From: Octopus vulgaris
Taxonomy: Eukaryota
Length of the DNA stretch: 64,000 nt
Reading direction: 5' to 3'
Assembly: GCA_951406725.2 (NCBI GenBank)
Contig: OX597819.1
Location: 98,890,001-98,954,000 of the forward strand
Shown here piece after piece: positions 40,545 through 53,419 of this stretch. Numbering within the stretch: the first letter of the stretch is position 1; every line of letters begins with the position of its first letter. A model generated the notes under the pieces. That model was not told the origin of the DNA, searched no databases, and saw nothing but the letters and a program-made list of their open reading frames with translations. A program made the position numbers and the translations under genes.

Positions 40545-41007
40545 AGTCAGCCCAACAGTTTCCCTTCATGGTAGAATTAATAGTCATGACTATTTAAGTA
40601 TTTTATCTCATCAAATTTATCCTATGGTTGCGGAACTGTTTCCGGCGGGAAACGCAATCTTTCAGGATGATCATGAACCAGTTTGTTACTAAATGGCACG
40701 AGGAACATTCTAGTGAAGTCGAACATGTTATCTGGCCACGACAGTCCCCAGATCTCAATATTATTGAACATTTATGGTACATTTTAGAAAACCAAGGAGT
40801 TGATATATTCCACCTTCATCACTACAAGAATTGCATACTGTTTTAGCTGAAGAGTGGACAAAAAATTCCTTGGAAACAATTCAAACTTTGTACGAGTTCA
40901 TACCTCATAGAGTTCAAGCTGCAATTACTGCCAAAGGCGGTCCTACTCAATATTAAAATAATTTTGTTTGAAATTTTAAAATGTTTCCATTATTTTGTCT
41001 AACCCCT
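40545..41007 (+). mobile_element. Tc1-like transposon 3' remnant with right TIR
   Basis: IFQDD, WPRQSPDLNIIEHLW, AVITAKGGPT-like C-terminus. End: tgtttccattattttgtctaacccctg. Confidence 0.8.
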
Positions 41008-41029
41008 GCACACACACACACACACACAC

Positions 41030-41245
41030 ATATGTGTATATGTTTGTGTCTGTGTTTGTTCCCCTCATTTGACAACCGATGCTGGTGTGTTTACGTTCCC
41101 GTAACCTAGCGGTTCGGCAAAAGAGACCGATAGAATAAGTACTAGGCTTTCGAAGAATAAGTCCTGGGGTCGATTTGCACGTCTAAAGGCGGTGCTTCAG
41201 CACGGCTGTAGTCAAATTACTGAATCAAGTAAAAGAATAAAAATG
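41030..41245 (+). mobile_element. SINE family A, 3' half
   Basis: tgacaaccgatgctggtgtgtttacg...gatagaataagtactaggc. Confidence 0.8.
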
Positions 41246-41499
41246 AAAGAACATATATATATATGTATACAAGAATATATATATATATATATAATCTTTA
41301 TTATATCCTCCATGTACCCTCATCCATATCACCTGAACTCTCTAATATCCTTCTCCATACCATTTTACCTCTTCCCACACAACGCTTTCTTCTCTCATTA
41401 CCTTTTACAGTGACGCTATCTATATTCTTGATAATGAACATCTGTGACGCACATCTGGTGAATGGCTTATTGCTTTTTCACTTACTTCTGCCCTGTTTG

Positions 41500-42045
41500 T
41501 TACGGTCAAGGTGATTGTAATGGTAGCGGTGGTAGTTATGGTAAAGGTGGTAGTGTGAGCAATAGTGATGAAGGCGATAGCAGAAGCAGGGATGGTGGAG
41601 GTGGTGGTGGTGGTGGTGAAGGAATTTGTACTAATGGCCATGATAGTGACGGTGATAGTGATGCTGATGTGTGAGTGGTAGAGGTGATTATACAAATGAT
41701 GGTAGAGGAGATAGTAGTGGTGGTTGTAGTGATTGTAGTATCGGTGAATGCAGTAGTAGTATTGACGGTAGTAGTGGAGGTGGTTTTGCAGAAATGGACG
41801 TGATGGTAGCTTTGATGATGATGATGATGATAATGATGATGATTAGTGGGCGGTGGTGGTGATGGTGGTGAAAACAGTGGTGGAGTTGGTGGCGGTGATT
41901 GTTGTGGTAATGGTGGTAGTGGTCTCTCTAATAATGGTAATGATTATTATGGAAGTAGTTGTCATAGTCATGATTACAGTAATGTTGTTTCTGGTGGTGG
42001 TGGTGGTGATGGCGATGGTGGTAGATCAATGTTGCAGTTAGTAGA
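41500..42045. repeat. Degenerate (GTG/GAT/GTA)n triplet field
   Basis: Low-complexity triplet sequence. Confidence 0.8.
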
Positions 42046-42244
42046 ATAACTGGTAGAATTTGTAGAACAGCCGGTGTAACAGGTAAAATACCTCACAAAG
42101 CTGGTAGAGAAGTTACCAAATTTGGTAGAATTGCAGGGATCAATTCAGAATGGAGATAGAAACTGTTAATTTTTTGTTCCATGGCGAAAGCCTCAGTCAA
42201 AATTTTTAGTCTGTATATCATCTCATGTCACACCCTTAGCAATA

Positions 42245-42775
42245 CAGTAATACCTCCCTTTACGAGTACCCTCTTAATGAGACTCCAGGTTTACGAGTTT
42301 TATTTTATTATAAATATAAAAAGGTTAAGCACAAGATCCAAATTTCGAACGAAGTGCAACAGTTTCCACTATCATAACAAATGCTTCTGCATGTAACCGA
42401 GAAATTTATAGAGAGCGAAAGAAAGCTTCTAAGTAAACAAATCTAGAATTGTCTTTTAAAAAGAAATCTAGAAATCCGTCCACGAGTGCTTGTGAATCGG
42501 CGATCGCGTCTACAAATGATGGTATTCGCGAGTCTAGTGCAAGTGAAAGTGATTCAGAAAATGATTATAATAATAATATTTCTTGTTACATAAAATATTC
42601 TTTACATTCCACTGTTGTTTTATTGCCACCTATTTACGAGTATTATAAATTTTATAGGTAAAACATTTGGTGGGGGACGAATTGCTAGTTCGAGAAATTA
42701 TTGCTCTGCTTTACGAGTTTTCGCTTTACGAACGGCCTCCGGGAACAAATTAACTCGCACATCGCGGTATTAGTG
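42245..42775. mobile_element. Tigger/pogo-like non-autonomous DNA element
   Basis: Starts TA|cagtaatacctc and ends gcggtattagtg (imperfect TIR). Repeated subterminal tttacgag motifs. Confidence 0.55.
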
Positions 42776-44935
42776 CAAGACAGGGTGATTCTTTTTTCTG
42801 CAAGTGACTGGTCTTGGTTACGGTTACCCCTTCGCATACTGGTGGTAACAGCGTATAAGGTAGAGACTTTAAGATGAACATAACTGAACTCAAATGCAGT
42901 TGTCAATGCGTAATTGAAATCACAGTCTGAATTTTACAATGATATTATTGAATTATTTATTTTCAGTGGATTGTTTCATTATCTATTTCTTGTGGTGATG
43001 ATGGTATTAATATTTGTAGTAACAACAGTGAGAATTGTAATAATTGTAAATCCTGAGGTGATAGTACTGATGCTGGTGATGATAGTTGTGTGGTGGCAGA
43101 ATCGGCTGAGGGCTGAGATTCTCCACCCAAATGTACAACCTTAATGATTTATTTATCACTACTTTAATATGTAAAAGAATATTCGTGGCTGATAAGGTCA
43201 GAATAATGCCGAAATATTCCTGAAGTCGTCTTCCGTACATGCCTAAAAGTAATATTTGACAAATAATGATTTTTCCCTAACTAAATATTTCATTTCCAGT
43301 TATTTAAAAAATTTTCTTACGGTGCATATATTAACACTAAGTTATTATTTTGTTTTTCATGCTGGAGGTGCCTTCTAAATTATCTAATTTCTAATTAATA
43401 ATTTTGCTTCCTTGCAGAAACTAGTGTACATTCTTGTAGAAGTTTTTAGTAATTCTGTAATCCCTATTTCAAGCCACTATATTGACGTCAATACTTAACT
43501 GAAGAGATCATAACCACCAAATATGTCGAAGTTGGCTCCCGTGCTTGCCAAAAATAAAAGCAAAAATGATATTAAATAAAACTACTCAATTATTAATTGA
43601 CCAGCTAGTGATTAAATAATTACTAATTATCCAATTACTAACTGACTAATATGTAATTTAATTATTTTTCTCGGCGCATATTTATTTCAGATTAGCTTTT
43701 TATAACTCCCTGCATAAAATATTTGAAAGCTAACGTAGTTGCTTTTAATGCTAATGGTATGTCTGAATAACTTTTCAGTTAAGAATTTTACTTTCTCGAG
43801 TTTGATAAACGATCATTTTAAAGAAGAAATCAAGCGCATTATCTCAAATTCCAGCATTAGAATTCATGTTTGCTTTGATGAGGCTACAATTCTTCGTACA
43901 TGGTAGCATGGAGATGGCAACGGTCAAATTGGCTGCTATCAAAGACAGAATGATTGAAGAGGGCAGGTGTGTGTGACGTGGATGAAATACAGAAGGTTGA
44001 TATACGATATGGCATTTAATTATAGCTGAATAGAATTTACGGCAACTGAAGTTGGTGTCGGGTGGTGGCCGCGTGCCGTTAAATTGGGGTCACGTGTGTT
44101 TGTACAGGGATTATGCTGAAATGGAAAAGTTGCGTTTTTTTTTTGTAATTTGGTGCCAAATTACCTCAATGTTATTAACTCGAATACTTTAGTGTAATGA
44201 TCTTCATTGTCTGGGGAATCTTTTACTAACACTCACAGCTATATATCTTGTTCGAATTTGTTGTTACAGACCTTTTTGGACAGTCGCGTGGTCGAACACA
44301 TTCCAACTGAGATCAACTATTTTTTTTTTTTAGCCAGAGTATACTTAGGATTACATTGTTTAATGTGCCCAGCCGTTTTAAAGCTGCCAGGGCAAGATTT
44401 GAAGTAGAATTTTGCTGTTATTTCTGAGAAATCGGGCAATCATATAGTGGCTTTCTAGTTGTCTTGCACAAGAAATTCATAAAGTAATAAGTGAAGTGCT
44501 GGTATATTTTTGATTGGATCTACCTCAATATGTTACTGGTACGTGGTTTATTATGACCTTTTAGATAACAGATAAAGTCGGATTTTAATTCAGAAGGTAA
44601 ACCTTTAAGTAACAGGTTCCGATATAATGGATGTTCTAAGATGATTTGATAGGGTGTAGGAATGAGGTAAACGCCCATGATCATTTCGATTCCAAGTTCG
44701 AGCAAATTTACTTCATTGATATTGACAATACTCTTCACGGAAACATGAATGTCATATAATCCCAGTAGCTCTTCGACTATGTGTTTTCCTTCAGTCTAAG
44801 AAAGGCATATATATTGCTTAATGTAATTGCTATAATGTACCTCAGAACATACCTAGAGGCATTTTAGCCAACCTATAGGTATGTTACTAAATTTGGAGTT
44901 TCGTTATTATCTGCTGAGAAAATTCTAAGTAGAAT

Positions 44936-44985
44936 TGAATTGTTAAAATGTAAGCTGTTTCGACAGCTTACATTTTAACAATTCA
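44936..44985. other. Perfect 23-bp hairpin with TTCG loop
   Basis: tgaattgttaaaatgtaagctgt-ttcg-acagcttacattttaacaattca. Confidence 0.95.
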
Positions 44986-46439
44986 GCATTCCGACGATGA
45001 CAATTTTATCAATTTCAGTATTATTCCGATAATCAGTTGCTGCTTATTACAAATCACACCAATCATCATTTGATTTGGGAGGTGAAGCCGAGAATAACCT
45101 TGAAACGTTAGCAGATTAAACTCAAACACATTCAGGTATTCAACATATCATACACACACAAACGCGCATACTTTCACAAACATGGAACCTCACCCTTCAT
45201 ATATATATGCACACTCCATCAACCCACACCCTTTAAAATGTAGCGATAAATAAATAAATAAATAAATAAGAAGGCATGATCAATGCTCCGACCGTAAGAA
45301 TGCTCGATTATCAAGGCTGACCTGGCGCGAAACATCAACTCAAAAACGGAAATTAATCTGGTTAAATCCATGGGTGTAGGAGCCAATGTTACTAGTAAAA
45401 TTACAATTCCCAAACGCGCACCAATACAACTGACAATTAAGCAACAATAAAGTTAAAATACGTTAGGTATTGTTTCACAGCTTTCACATTATAATCTAAG
45501 ACAAACACTCTGTAAGGCTCTATTCCAACCGCAGACTTCTAAGTGCAGACAATCCTAAGCGACCGACTTAGATGATTGTGCATCTCTGTAAGGTAGAGAT
45601 ATACTGGACAACCATAACATTCTCACACGATATCGAAAGGAATCATACGGAACTCATCGCAATAATTTTAAGGGGTGATATTACTAATATATACATTTGC
45701 TGAGGTTGGGGAGTAAAATAACTTCCCTTGCTGGTTATCAGTTCGTTTGTAAGCTAAGAAATTGTTTATGTATAAGTAAGAGCGTCACATAATCTGAAAT
45801 GTTGAGAAGGACCAACTCATACATTTAAGGGGATAAAAGTTGTGGAATATTTGTGATTGAAGCGTTCCAGAAGCTGAATAAGCTGGTGATATCGCCGAAT
45901 ATGAGTTCTGAGATACAGTCTATCTGCCAACATCAGACACAAGTACTTTTGGAGAACTTGATTCCATCTGGAGAACTCACTGAATTTGTACAACTTGTGA
46001 AAGTCTAAATACCATGGGAAATGCAGTATACCATACTGAAACAACCTTAAGATCAAACCAGAATGTTCTTTCTTAAAAAGCAACAACCAGCTGGCATCAA
46101 CAGAATCTGCTGAAGTGCAATGCAAACTATCATATTAGAACTCTCGACTAAGGAGAATTGACGTATCCTGTAACTTGCGACTATAAACCATCCATGTTAA
46201 AGCTACCTGACTGATCGCAAGTGATGTGATACTCTGAGTGGCAACGGAATAGATCCTCAAGTGTGACATATAATACACACACACACACATGTGTATATAT
46301 ATATATATATACACACACGCACAGACTCATACACACACATATATGTGTGTGTATCTACATTTTCCAATATATATATACATATGCGCACAAACACATACAC
46401 ACACATATATACATGTGTATGTGTATCACTACACTTTCC

Positions 46440-46520
<81 letters not shown>

Positions 46521-47082
46521 CTTTCATAGTGATAAATCTTTCTAAAATTGAAACATTCAGTTGGCTAACCACCCTTCTTTTCTTTTCATCTCAGTATAGC
46601 ATCTAATTTATTATGAAGCTAACTCTTCATAACAGCCCCTTAGATCCTGATATTTACTCTTTCAGCATTATCTTACGTTGTTAAATTGAACTGCCAGAGT
46701 AAAAACTGTAAACCAACCATTTCCTTTATCAAAATTATCAGTTAAAAACAGTCATCATACTGAACCACAATTTGGCTATAGTTGGAATGGCTTTGATCAT
46801 AAATCTACTCGATCAGGGTTGACCTGAGGGCCCAATAACAATAATAACAACAACATCGAGCTAACAGAAACAGCCTCAGTACTGGAACATGCCTAAAGTG
46901 CAACACTACATAGAATTAACCACGACATATCAGACTGTGCACGTTAGTATAGCCCTTAACAAGATGGTTCTATGGTGTGACTGGGTCCATACATATGGGG
47001 ACCCTACTTGCTCGTTCACTCTACTAGCTGAGTCTTTTTTCGATAGGGGATGATCTAAGGCTGCACAATAATAACAATCCCG

Positions 47083-47172
<90 letters not shown>
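47083..47172 (+). repeat. (TATC)n microsatellite
   Basis: Directly visible. Confidence 0.97.
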
Positions 47173-47469
47173 ATTTATTTCTGCCTCTCTCCCACTCCTT
47201 CTCTACATCTGTATATATTCTTTTACTCTTTTAGTTGCTTCAGTCATTTTGACTGCAGCCATGCTGGATCACGACCTTAAGAGGTGTTAGTCGAGGAAAT
47301 CAACCCCAGTACTTATTTCTTGTAAGTCCAGTACTTATCCTATCGGTCTCTAAAAAATCCCGTTTTCTGACGTCCTGTGCCCATGTATATATCTATATAC
47401 ATATATATGTATTTATATACATATATATCTATATACATATATATGTATGTATGTACATGTATCTACATA

Positions 47470-48190
47470 CACCATCACAAAATCACAAAATCACCATCAC
47501 AAAATCAACAAGCTGCTTCTAACACCACTGCTACTACTGCCAAAATAGAAAAACCACTACTACAACCAAATAAAACCCCCTGCCGTTACTATTCTAAAGG
47601 CAATTGTAGATTTGGCCCCAGCGGCACAAACAAAAATGGACGCTGTGCTTTTCCCCATCCGACCTTATGTCGTAGACTTGCTATGGGCACCTGTCCATAC
47701 GGTATAACAGGAAAAATTGCCCCCACCTCCACCCCAAATACTGTCCTAAATATAGAATCTATGGTTCTGATCCTAAATACGGATGCATAAGAGGCAATGG
47801 ATGCACCTTATTCCATCCTAAACTGTGCCAAACTTCTGTCTCACAAAGGATGTGCCTGAACCCAGAATGCAACCACCACCATCTGAAGGGCACAAAACGA
47901 TCACAGAATAGATGTAAACAGGAACAGAGGAAATCTAGGACAACAACAAGAACAAAATACAACCACGTTTCCCCTCCTACAATCAAACAACGTAGACAGA
48001 ACCATGAAAAAACACCAAATAACGCCAACTTGAAATATGTATCCTCTGACCAAGTGGAAAACCAAACAAGTAACTCTTTTTTACTGACATACCTGGAAAA
48101 TATGAAGGCCGACCTAAGCCAGGAGATCCAGCGAGCCATCACCAACCATCTATGCAAATCAGAAGGACCACTCACCCATTACCAACTTCC
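47470..48190 (+). pseudogene. LINE ORF1 remnant with tandem CCCH zinc fingers
   Basis: CRYYSKGNCRFG...CAFPHPTLCRRLAMGTCPYG..CPHLHPKYC...GCIRGNGCTLFHPKLC...CLNPECNHHH, read across a frameshift near 47715. Confidence 0.75.
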
Positions 48191-48194
48191 CTTA

Positions 48195-51100
48195 CCTCGA
48201 CATTCCTGTTAAATGTACGTGGCATCAACCCATCAATTATTGCCCAAAAATGGAAGATCCCATATATAGAGAGTTGACTTGCCGAAATGGCACATTGCTT
48301 CCCTTTCTTTATCCTTACCGAGACTCACCTGAACAACACCCATATGGACGCAGAGGTGAAAATAAAGATTTCACTATTGTTCGTGCGGATCGCACAGACC
48401 GAAATAAGGGAGGGACAGCCATCTTTATCCATGACTCCTTTTCACTTGATGCCAAGGACACATTTTCCAATGGCTACTGTGAATCGGTATCACTATACAA
48501 CAAAGCCAAGGACATAACCATTGTTGGTCTTTACAGGCCTCCCCAGGCACCTCTAAAGTACTTTGAAGAGTGCCTTAGCAAAGTCAAGTCCTTCCTTCGG
48601 AAGTACCACTCCGGAAACATACTAGTGATGGGTGATTTTAACCTCCCTCATGTGAACTGGCCCACAAATACTCCGAAGTTAGGCAAGTGCTCTACATCAG
48701 ATAGGGCAGCAGCAGAACTGCTCTTTAATCTGATGGATGAGTATTTTCTGACTCAGCTAGTGCTTGAACCAACGAGACAGAATAAAACGATCTTGGATCT
48801 GGTATTGACCAATCACTCTAGCTACGTTCACAGCATTTCAGTCGAAAAACTCTCCTCTCAGACCACGACATGATACTCTGCAATCTTAATTCCCGACATA
48901 TAAAAACCAAACCAGCCAATCCCACTTCATGGCACCCATTTGACAACATAAACTTCCACAAAGCGGACTGGGGAACAATCAGAAAGGATCTGTCTTCCAT
49001 CGACTGGTCTTTTACTCTCAATTCCCCTCATATTGAGACCGCGTGGCAGCACTTTGAAACCATTGTCACCTATACATGGCTGCTCTCGATTATTGGGATC
49101 GCCTTAAAGCCTTGAAACTTTACTCCCTCCAGCGTCGCCGTGAGCGGTACATCATTTGTACGATGTGGAAAATATACCACCAACTTTGCCCAAACGACAT
49201 AAACATTAGCTTCAAGGTTCATCCAAGACTTGGACCACGGGTTATACGTCCCCTGCCAAATTCAAGATCACAACATACATGTACACTGCAACATAATTTC
49301 TTTTCCTCAACAGGCCCTGCCCTATTTAACATTGTCCCGAGGGAGATCAAAGAGGAAAAGGATCCCATCAACTTCAAACAGAGTCTGGATAGATTCCTTC
49401 AAAGAATACCCATGCTCCAAACACGCTCCCAAGAAATCTAATAACACAAACAGAAACCGGCTCCCTAAAAAGAAAAAAACACTCATCGGGCGCATCAAAA
49501 GACTCAACAAAAAAATCAACCAGTTAAAATATTCCCACACACAACATCCACATTCAACAACAATGAAAAGACTAGAGCTGGAAAAACTTCATCTGCAGAC
49601 TAACATGAAAACCTCCATCGAAAATCAAAGAGCTGTGGAGGAACAATGGGTAATCAAAAACATCAAAAAGAACCCAAAAGTGTTCTATTCTTATGCAAAT
49701 AAGCATAGAACCACTGTCTCACCCATTGGGCCATTGATTGATGATAACGGCATTCCCCAACACGATGCTAAAGAAATGGCAGAAATACTGCAGAAACAAT
49801 ACTGCTCTGTCTTCAGTGTTCCCACTGATATTGACGTAAAGGGAAACGAACGAAGTTGACTCCCAACACAAAATCGCAGACATAACCTTCACTGCCACCG
49901 ACATCGTAGCAGCAATAAATGAGGTCAAACATTACTCTGCTGTAGGTCCTGATAGATTTCCCGCTAGTCTCCTGACGGAATGTAGATATCAACTTGCAGT
50001 CCCTCTGACCAACCTCTGGAGAAACTCGTTAGACGCAGGTTATATAGCGAAACAGTTTCTATCCCAGTCGGTCATCCCGGTTTTCAAACAGGGAAACAGA
50101 TCCCTCGCAGTCAACTATCGCCCAATCTCACTCACCTCCTACATCATTAAAGTGTTTGAAAGAGTGTTAAGGTTAAGGATAGCTGACTTCCTGGAGACCC
50201 ACAAACTCCTAAATGCAAATCAGCATGGCTTTCACTGTGGCAGGGACTGTCTAAGACAGCTCTTACACCACATTGAAGATGTACTCAAAGCCTTGGGAAC
50301 AGGTTCGAACTCTGACGTCATATATCTTGACTTCAGTAAAGCGTTCGACAGGGTAGACCATAACATCCTACTCTCAAAATTGGCAAATGTTGGAATCCGT
50401 GGAAAAGTTCTACGCTGGATTCAGTATTTCCTGGCAAATAGAACACAACATGTTGTAGTTGATGGAGTCCACTCAAACCCAGCAAAAGTCACCAGCGGTG
50501 TTCCCCAGGGAACTGTTTTGGGTCCGCTACTCTTCATAACTTACGTAAACGACCTTTCCAGTGTCGTACATCACTGCAAAGTGAAAATATTCGCTGATGA
50601 CACTAAGCTCCAGCAAATCGTCAATGAAGAAGCAGACCGAACTCAACTCCAGTCTGATCTATATGCTGTGAGTCAATGGGCAGACAGAAACAAAATGCAA
50701 CTGAATGAGGGAAAATTTGAGCTGATGCATTTTGGAAGAAATTCCTCACTAAAACAACCATACTCTCTTCCTTCAGGGGAACCGCTCACAGCCTCTAACA
50801 ATATCAGAGACCTGGGTGTAATTGTTGATGACGATCTCAGTTGGAGTGCACACATCAACAAGAAGGTCGATATAGCTCGTAGGATGAGTTCCTGGATCTT
50901 AAGAACTTTCCGGTCCAGAGAACAAGGTGTCATCATACCACTTTTTTCCTCCTTTGTACGGCCACACCTTGAATACTGCTGCCCACTGTGGTCTCCTCAC
51001 ACAAGACAAAACATCTCCAGAATTGAGTCACCCCAGAGGGCTCTCACTAAACAAATTGAAGGCATGGCTGCTCTCGATTATTGGGATCGCCTTAAAGCCT

Positions 51101-51510
51101 TGAAACTTTACTCCCTCCAGCGTCGCCGTGAGCGGTACATCATTTGTACGATGTGGAAAATATACCGCCAACTTTGCCCAAACGACCTAAACATTAGCTT
51201 CAAGGTTCATTCAAGACTTGGACCACGGGCTATACGTCCCCTGCCAAATTCAAGATCACAACATACATGTACACTGCAACATAATTTCTTTTCCTCAACA
51301 GGCCCTGCCCTATTTAACATTGTTCCGAGGGAGATCAAAAGAGGAAAAGGATCCCATCAACTTCAAACAGAGTCTGGATAGATTCCTTCAAAGAATACCA
51401 GATAAGCCACCCATAATTGGATACAACTCACCCAACAAGAACTCACTACTTGAACAAAACTGGATACAACTCACCCAACAAGAACTCACTACTTGAACAA
51501 AACTTGACTT
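48195..51510 (+). pseudogene. LINE ORF2 remnant: apurinic endonuclease plus reverse transcriptase
   Basis: LLNVRGI, LTETHL, GGTAIF, GLYRPP, MGDFNLP, PTRQ..ILDLVLTN, SDHD; NYRPISLTS, QHGF, YLDFSKAFDRVDH, SGVPQGTVLGPLLF, FADDTK, DLGV, RPHLEYC..WSP. Longest intact piece is 50152-51381. Confidence 0.93.
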
Positions 51511-51621
51511 AAACAGGATTCGAATAATCCTATCAGGTGGTGCTATTAAGTTAGACATGGCCTGGACCAATCTCTGGTCGAAACATATCTAAGTTTATCT
51601 AAGTTTATGTATATATGTATG

Positions 51622-51666
<45 letters not shown>

Positions 51667-51672
51667 ATATAC

Positions 51673-51751
<79 letters not shown>

Positions 51752-51763
51752 CACACATACAAA

Positions 51764-51807
<44 letters not shown>

Positions 51808-51900
51808 AGAGACACACATCTCTTGCGTTCGTAAGCGTCTTGCGTGGGTGTGTGTATGTATGTACATTAATCATATGTCTCTATCAATCAATACATAGAT

Positions 51901-51945
<45 letters not shown>

Positions 51946-51947
51946 TG

Positions 51948-51987
<40 letters not shown>

Positions 51988-52148
51988 CCTATATATATTC
52001 ATATATATATATTCTATTTAACTTATGTGTGTGTGTTAAATATACATGCACATTTTTGTATGTATTTTTATGTGTGTATATATATATAGATATATATAGA
52101 TATAGATATATATATATATATATACACACACAACAGAAAGAGAACGAA

Positions 52149-52190
<42 letters not shown>

Positions 52191-52363
52191 GAGCAAGAAG
52201 GAAGAGAGAAAGAAGTGAGAGAAAGAGTGGAATCGATTAAACAATAACTATAATATCTGTTGACTGTTTTATAAAAGAACTTACAGTATCAGAACTGTTC
52301 ATTCTGCCGAACATCCCCGTTCTTTCGTCGTATTTATGTCCATTCTCTCACATTACTACTTAC

Positions 52364-52553
52364 CTGCATCCATGTGAAAAATCTCCAGCAGAGCAACTTG
52401 TAAAAGATAGCAGCTCCTCTTTAATGGTTCGTTAATTACACCGGTTCCTGAGGACTTTTCAATTAGCAAGGCTCTGATTGGTTGTACTTCTTTTCGTTGA
52501 TAAAACACGAAGAAAATTTGTGAACCAAATTCTCTTAAATAGAACACAGTCAA
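52364..52553 (-). other. Candidate exon of a minus-strand host gene
   Basis: Perfect donor CAG|GTAAGT at 52364/52363 in unique sequence; open frame ...LQVALLEIFHMDA. The 5' boundary is unknown: a possible AAG acceptor at 52397 would give a 33-nt exon, or translation could start at the ATG at 52373. Confidence 0.35.
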
Positions 52554-53419
52554 AAATAGCTTAATTCAGTGCTGTCATACAAAATGGATTTCGACAAAAT
52601 CGAAGTTGCATTGATCAAGTTGTTAAGTTAAAGTACTTCTGTGAAAACAGACTCAGCGGTGTCATTATTGTAATTATCTTGCTGGTTGTCGCTGTTGTTG
52701 TTGTTGATGATGATGATGGTGAGGATGATGATGATTATGATATTGATGATGATAACAATGCTTAACAGTCTCTACTAAGTCGACTCTAATTGATCAGACT
52801 TACGATGAAAAGCCTTCCAATCACGTCTATCACGTATTTTATTCAGCAATAAGTGCAAGCTGGTCTATATTATTCGATCTTTCCTTTTTTGGCGGGGGTA
52901 AGATGTGAGCAGGAAGTGATTTGGTTGCTATTTCTAGCAAAACGTGAGCCTTCAAAGAGGCTGCTTTGTTAGATCGTTATTAATCGACTGGTTGCTTCCA
53001 TTTGAGAGTGACGTTGGGTAAAATTAGCAGAGTGCGAAAGAGACAACATTTAACTGGCCTAATGAAATATATATTAAAAAAAAAAACATTGCCGTCACTC
53101 CTAAACGATTATGGCACAGTAATATGTGCCATAATTTCGCAAAATTGTTCTATGTGCTTATGTGGTCCCGGTCAGACATAAACACCTTCTTGGCTTTCTC
53201 AGCTTTGACTCAACACCCAGGAACGTAACTGGCGGCTAGAGAAGTGGATTGTACTAGCGCTCGTCTGGTCCTCATTTTTATTTGAGTAGACAGCAGCAAA
53301 ATGAAATGAAGTGCCTTGCTCAACGACTCAACAACTTGCCCGTTGTGGGAACTGAATCCAAAATTTTATGGTTGTGGGACCTACACCTTAATCGCTTAGC
53401 TACGCACCTTTCCAGGAGT

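Larger units (their letters stand above)
47470..51606 (+). mobile_element. Near full-length CR1/L2-group LINE (CCCH-finger ORF1 plus APE-RT ORF2), disrupted
   Basis: ORF1 with CCCH-type fingers, then APE and RT motifs. Short 3'UTR with stem-loop gacca-atctc-tggtc and an (atctaagttt)2 tail, flanked by TA/TG microsatellites. Confidence 0.92.

Noticed and set aside
40847-40885. CTGAAGA...GGAAAC hammerhead-like match
   Set aside because: It lies in the Tc1 transposase coding remnant (AEEWTKIP.ETI) and lacks proper stems I and III, so it is coincidental.
43908-43976. Short plus-strand frame MEMATVKLAAIKDRMIEEGR with CAG|GTGTGT
   Set aside because: Weak donor, no recognisable homology, and no other plus-strand exon support.
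44400-46200. Possible very old Penelope RT remnant on the minus strand
   Set aside because: Only vague similarity; no diagnostic motif could be read with confidence.
50152-51381. Intact 409-aa host gene or active RT
   Set aside because: It is an internal piece of a LINE ORF2 broken by upstream frameshifts and an insertion.
51560-51590. Stem-loop followed by GAAAC at the LINE 3' end as a hammerhead
   Set aside because: No CUGANGA upstream; better explained as the LINE 3' recognition stem-loop.
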